From assembly GCF_900187275.1 (NCBI RefSeq), contig NZ_LT906458.1, positions 1,680,001 through 1,712,000 of the forward strand: DNA of 32,000 bases. Reading direction: 5' to 3'. Below are positions 30,117 through 32,000 of the stretch, one piece after another. The notes beneath the pieces were generated by a model. The model did not search any database and was not told the DNA's origin. It saw only the letters and a program-made list of their open reading frames with translations. The DNA comes from Pasteurella multocida (GTDB lineage Bacteria; Pseudomonadota; Gammaproteobacteria; Enterobacterales; Pasteurellaceae). Position 1 is the first letter of the stretch. Every line of letters starts with the position of its first letter. Position numbers and translations under genes: made by a program.

Positions 30117-31412
30117 TCAACGATATTTATCTAAAAAACGATAGTATTTAGTGCCTACAAATAAGGTGGCTTTTTGCAGTAACTTACCGCCATGCACACT
30201 CGGTACTTTAAGTTGCTCAAATACGCGTAAACGCTCATCGTTACCTAAAATAGCTTCTGCAACAATACGCCCCGCTAATCCCGTTAACGCCACGCCATGT
30301 CCAGAATACCCTTGCGCAAAATAAATATTCGGCGCAATTCGACCAAAATGTGGATTGGAATTCAAGGTCATATCAATAGGTCCGCCCCAACCATAGTCAA
30401 TGTTGACATTTTCTAACTGAGGAAACACGTGCAACATATTGCAGCGCATAACCGTCATCATATCCAAGCCCGGACTCGAATCACTGCCAAATAACAAGCG
30501 ATTGTCGGCACTTAAACGGTAATAATCTAAGAAATAATTATTGTCACATACTGACATACGGTTGCGAATCAAACTCTCCGCCATTGCATCACTTAACGGC
30601 TCGGTGGCAATAATAAAACTTTCTACAGGTAAAATTTTGCGAGCAATACCACGATGTAACTTTTTTGGTAGCACACGAATATAAGCATTGGTGGCTAATA
30701 CTAAATCTTTGGCAATCACGGAGCTTTGATCGGTTTTCACTTTGACTTTTGCTTTACCGATACGTAAATCAACTGCTGGCGACTGTTCATAAATTTCCAC
30801 TCCTAACGCTAAACAGGCTTTCGCTAAACCTAAACAATAATTCAGTGGGTGTAAATGACCAGAATTGGCATCAAAGAGTGCGCCCGTATAAATCTCACTG
30901 CCTAGATTCTCAGCTAATTTAGCTTTATCCCATAATTGCATATGGGGATAAGCAAAAAATTCGCGACAAGATTTCTCAATCGCAATTAAGTCATCCATAC
31001 GACGTGGATTTAAAGCTAACGTTGCATAACCTCTACGCCAATCACATTGAATGTTATATTTTTTAATCCGCTCTTCGATAATCGCTAACGCTTCTAGTGA
31101 CATTTGCCATAATTTCTGCGCAGTATCAAATCCCACTGCATCAATATAATCGCCAATGTCTTCTTCAAAACCGTTGATCGCCTGCCCACCATTTCGCCCT
31201 GAGGCGCCAAAGCCTACACGTGCGCCTTCTAATACAATCACTTTTTTGCCTTGTTCCGCTAATTCAAGTGCGGTCGATAGACCAAAAAATCCCGCACCGA
31301 TGATACACACATCAGCAGATTTTCGTTGTTGTAAAGGCGGAAGAGTGAAATGAAGATGACGGGAGTCGGAATAATAAGTTTTGATATGTTCTTGATGAGA
31401 AAACGTTAACAT
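30117..31412 (-). CDS. FAD-dependent oxidoreductase of the DadA/PuuB type (putative gamma-glutamylputrescine oxidase)
   Basis: ADVCIIGAGFFGLSTALELAEQGKKVIVLEGARVGFGASGRNGGQAINGFEEDIG; start placed at MLTFSHQEHIKTYY (31412) rather than 31469. Confidence 0.82.
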   Translation of the reverse strand: MLTFSHQEHIKTYYSDSRHLHFTLPPLQQRKSADVCIIGAGFFGLSTALELAEQGKKVIVLEGARVGFGASGRNGGQAINGFEEDIGDYIDAVGFDTAQKLWQMSLEALAIIEERIKKYNIQCDWRRGYATLALNPRRMDDLIAIEKSCREFFAYPHMQLWDKAKLAENLGSEIYTGALFDANSGHLHPLNYCLGLAKACLALGVEIYEQSPAVDLRIGKAKVKVKTDQSSVIAKDLVLATNAYIRVLPKKLHRGIARKILPVESFIIATEPLSDAMAESLIRNRMSVCDNNYFLDYYRLSADNRLLFGSDSSPGLDMMTVMRCNMLHVFPQLENVNIDYGWGGPIDMTLNSNPHFGRIAPNIYFAQGYSGHGVALTGLAGRIVAEAILGNDERLRVFEQLKVPSVHGGKLLQKATLFVGTKYYRFLDKYR

Positions 31413-31605
31413 AAAATCGCTCGCTAATAACACTAGCTGGCAGTTTACCCCGACGAAGAAATATGTCAATTTAATTCAATCACTTTATAAAGTTTGCTAT
31501 ACTCAGCGCGAAGTTCTTAAACTTAACGTTCATGCGGATTGCTTCACTAAAATCCGTTCATTTTTAACCGCACTTTATTGTCTTTAGACATTGAGGGACT
31601 CAAAA

Positions 31606-32000
31606 TTGAAAAGACTTTTTGCTAACGTCATCAAATCACTTGTCTTCACCTCCCTTTTCTTTTTCACACATTCCGCCTTAGCAAACAAAAAGCTTTACGT
31701 TTACAACTGGACGGATTACATTCCTTCAAGTTTAATTGCTGATTTTACTAAAGAAACGGGCATTGAAGTCATCTATTCTACTTTTGAGAGTAATGAAGAG
31801 ATGTACGCGAAACTCAAATTACTTTCTAAAAATAGCGGTTATGACCTGGTTTTTCCATCGAGTTATTACATCAATAAAATGGTCAAAGATGGCATGCTAC
31901 AAAAACTCGATCACGCAAAATTAACCAATTTACATCAAATCCCAACCCATTTGCTGAATAAAGAATTTGATCCACAAAACCAATATTCCCTGCCTTATAT
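31606..32000 (+). CDS. potD: Spermidine/putrescine ABC transporter periplasmic binding protein (PotD-like), TTG start, 3' end outside window
   Basis: Translation from TTG at 31606: [108 protein letters not shown]...; signal peptide, GAGGGA upstream. Not in the supplied ORF track. Confidence 0.87.
   Translation, partial: MKRLFANVIKSLVFTSLFFFTHSALANKKLYVYNWTDYIPSSLIADFTKETGIEVIYSTFESNEEMYAKLKLLSKNSGYDLVFPSSYYINKMVKDGMLQKLDHAKLTNLHQIPTHLLNKEFDPQNQYSLPY

Noticed and set aside
31736-31924. 62-aa + ORF near the window end
   Set aside because: Out of frame within the potD-like gene that starts with TTG at 31606.
1-32000. Search for CRISPR arrays, phage modules, toxin-antitoxin, restriction or other defence genes, and simple tetranucleotide repeats typical of phase variation
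   Set aside because: None seen in the ORFs or the raw sequence; apart from the IS200-type element the content is metabolic, transport, regulatory and housekeeping.

Overview
Chromosomal window from a Pasteurellaceae member with Haemophilus-type uptake signal sequences (at least 12 copies of AAGTGCGGT/ACCGCACTT). Left to right it contains: the 3' end of eda; proS; a D-xylose regulon (xylBA on -, xylFGH and xylR on +) with a MalY/PatB-like C-S lyase plus NhaC-family antiporter pair between its two divergent halves; a second sugar cluster (mak-like kinase, D-lyxose/mannose isomerase, class II aldolase, PfkB kinase, ribose-type ABC transporter) around a lone OmpR-type response regulator; pirin; an intact IS200-type element; hmp; a hybrid histidine kinase; and a polyamine block (speB, speA, PuuB-like oxidase, 5' part of a potD-like gene with a TTG start that the ORF track missed). 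The most interesting signals are: (1) a duplicated ~73-97 bp xyl-type control element (CRP-like site flanked by inverted 13-mers) on both sides of the MalY/NhaC pair; (2) a sugar catabolic cluster with no linked LacI/DeoR/AraC regulator but a lone response regulator inside it and a hybrid kinase about 7 kb away; (3) hairpins inside operons, including one built from two uptake sequences between xylA and xylB. I found no CRISPR array, phage, toxin-antitoxin or obvious defence system. No radically new system can be claimed from sequence alone.
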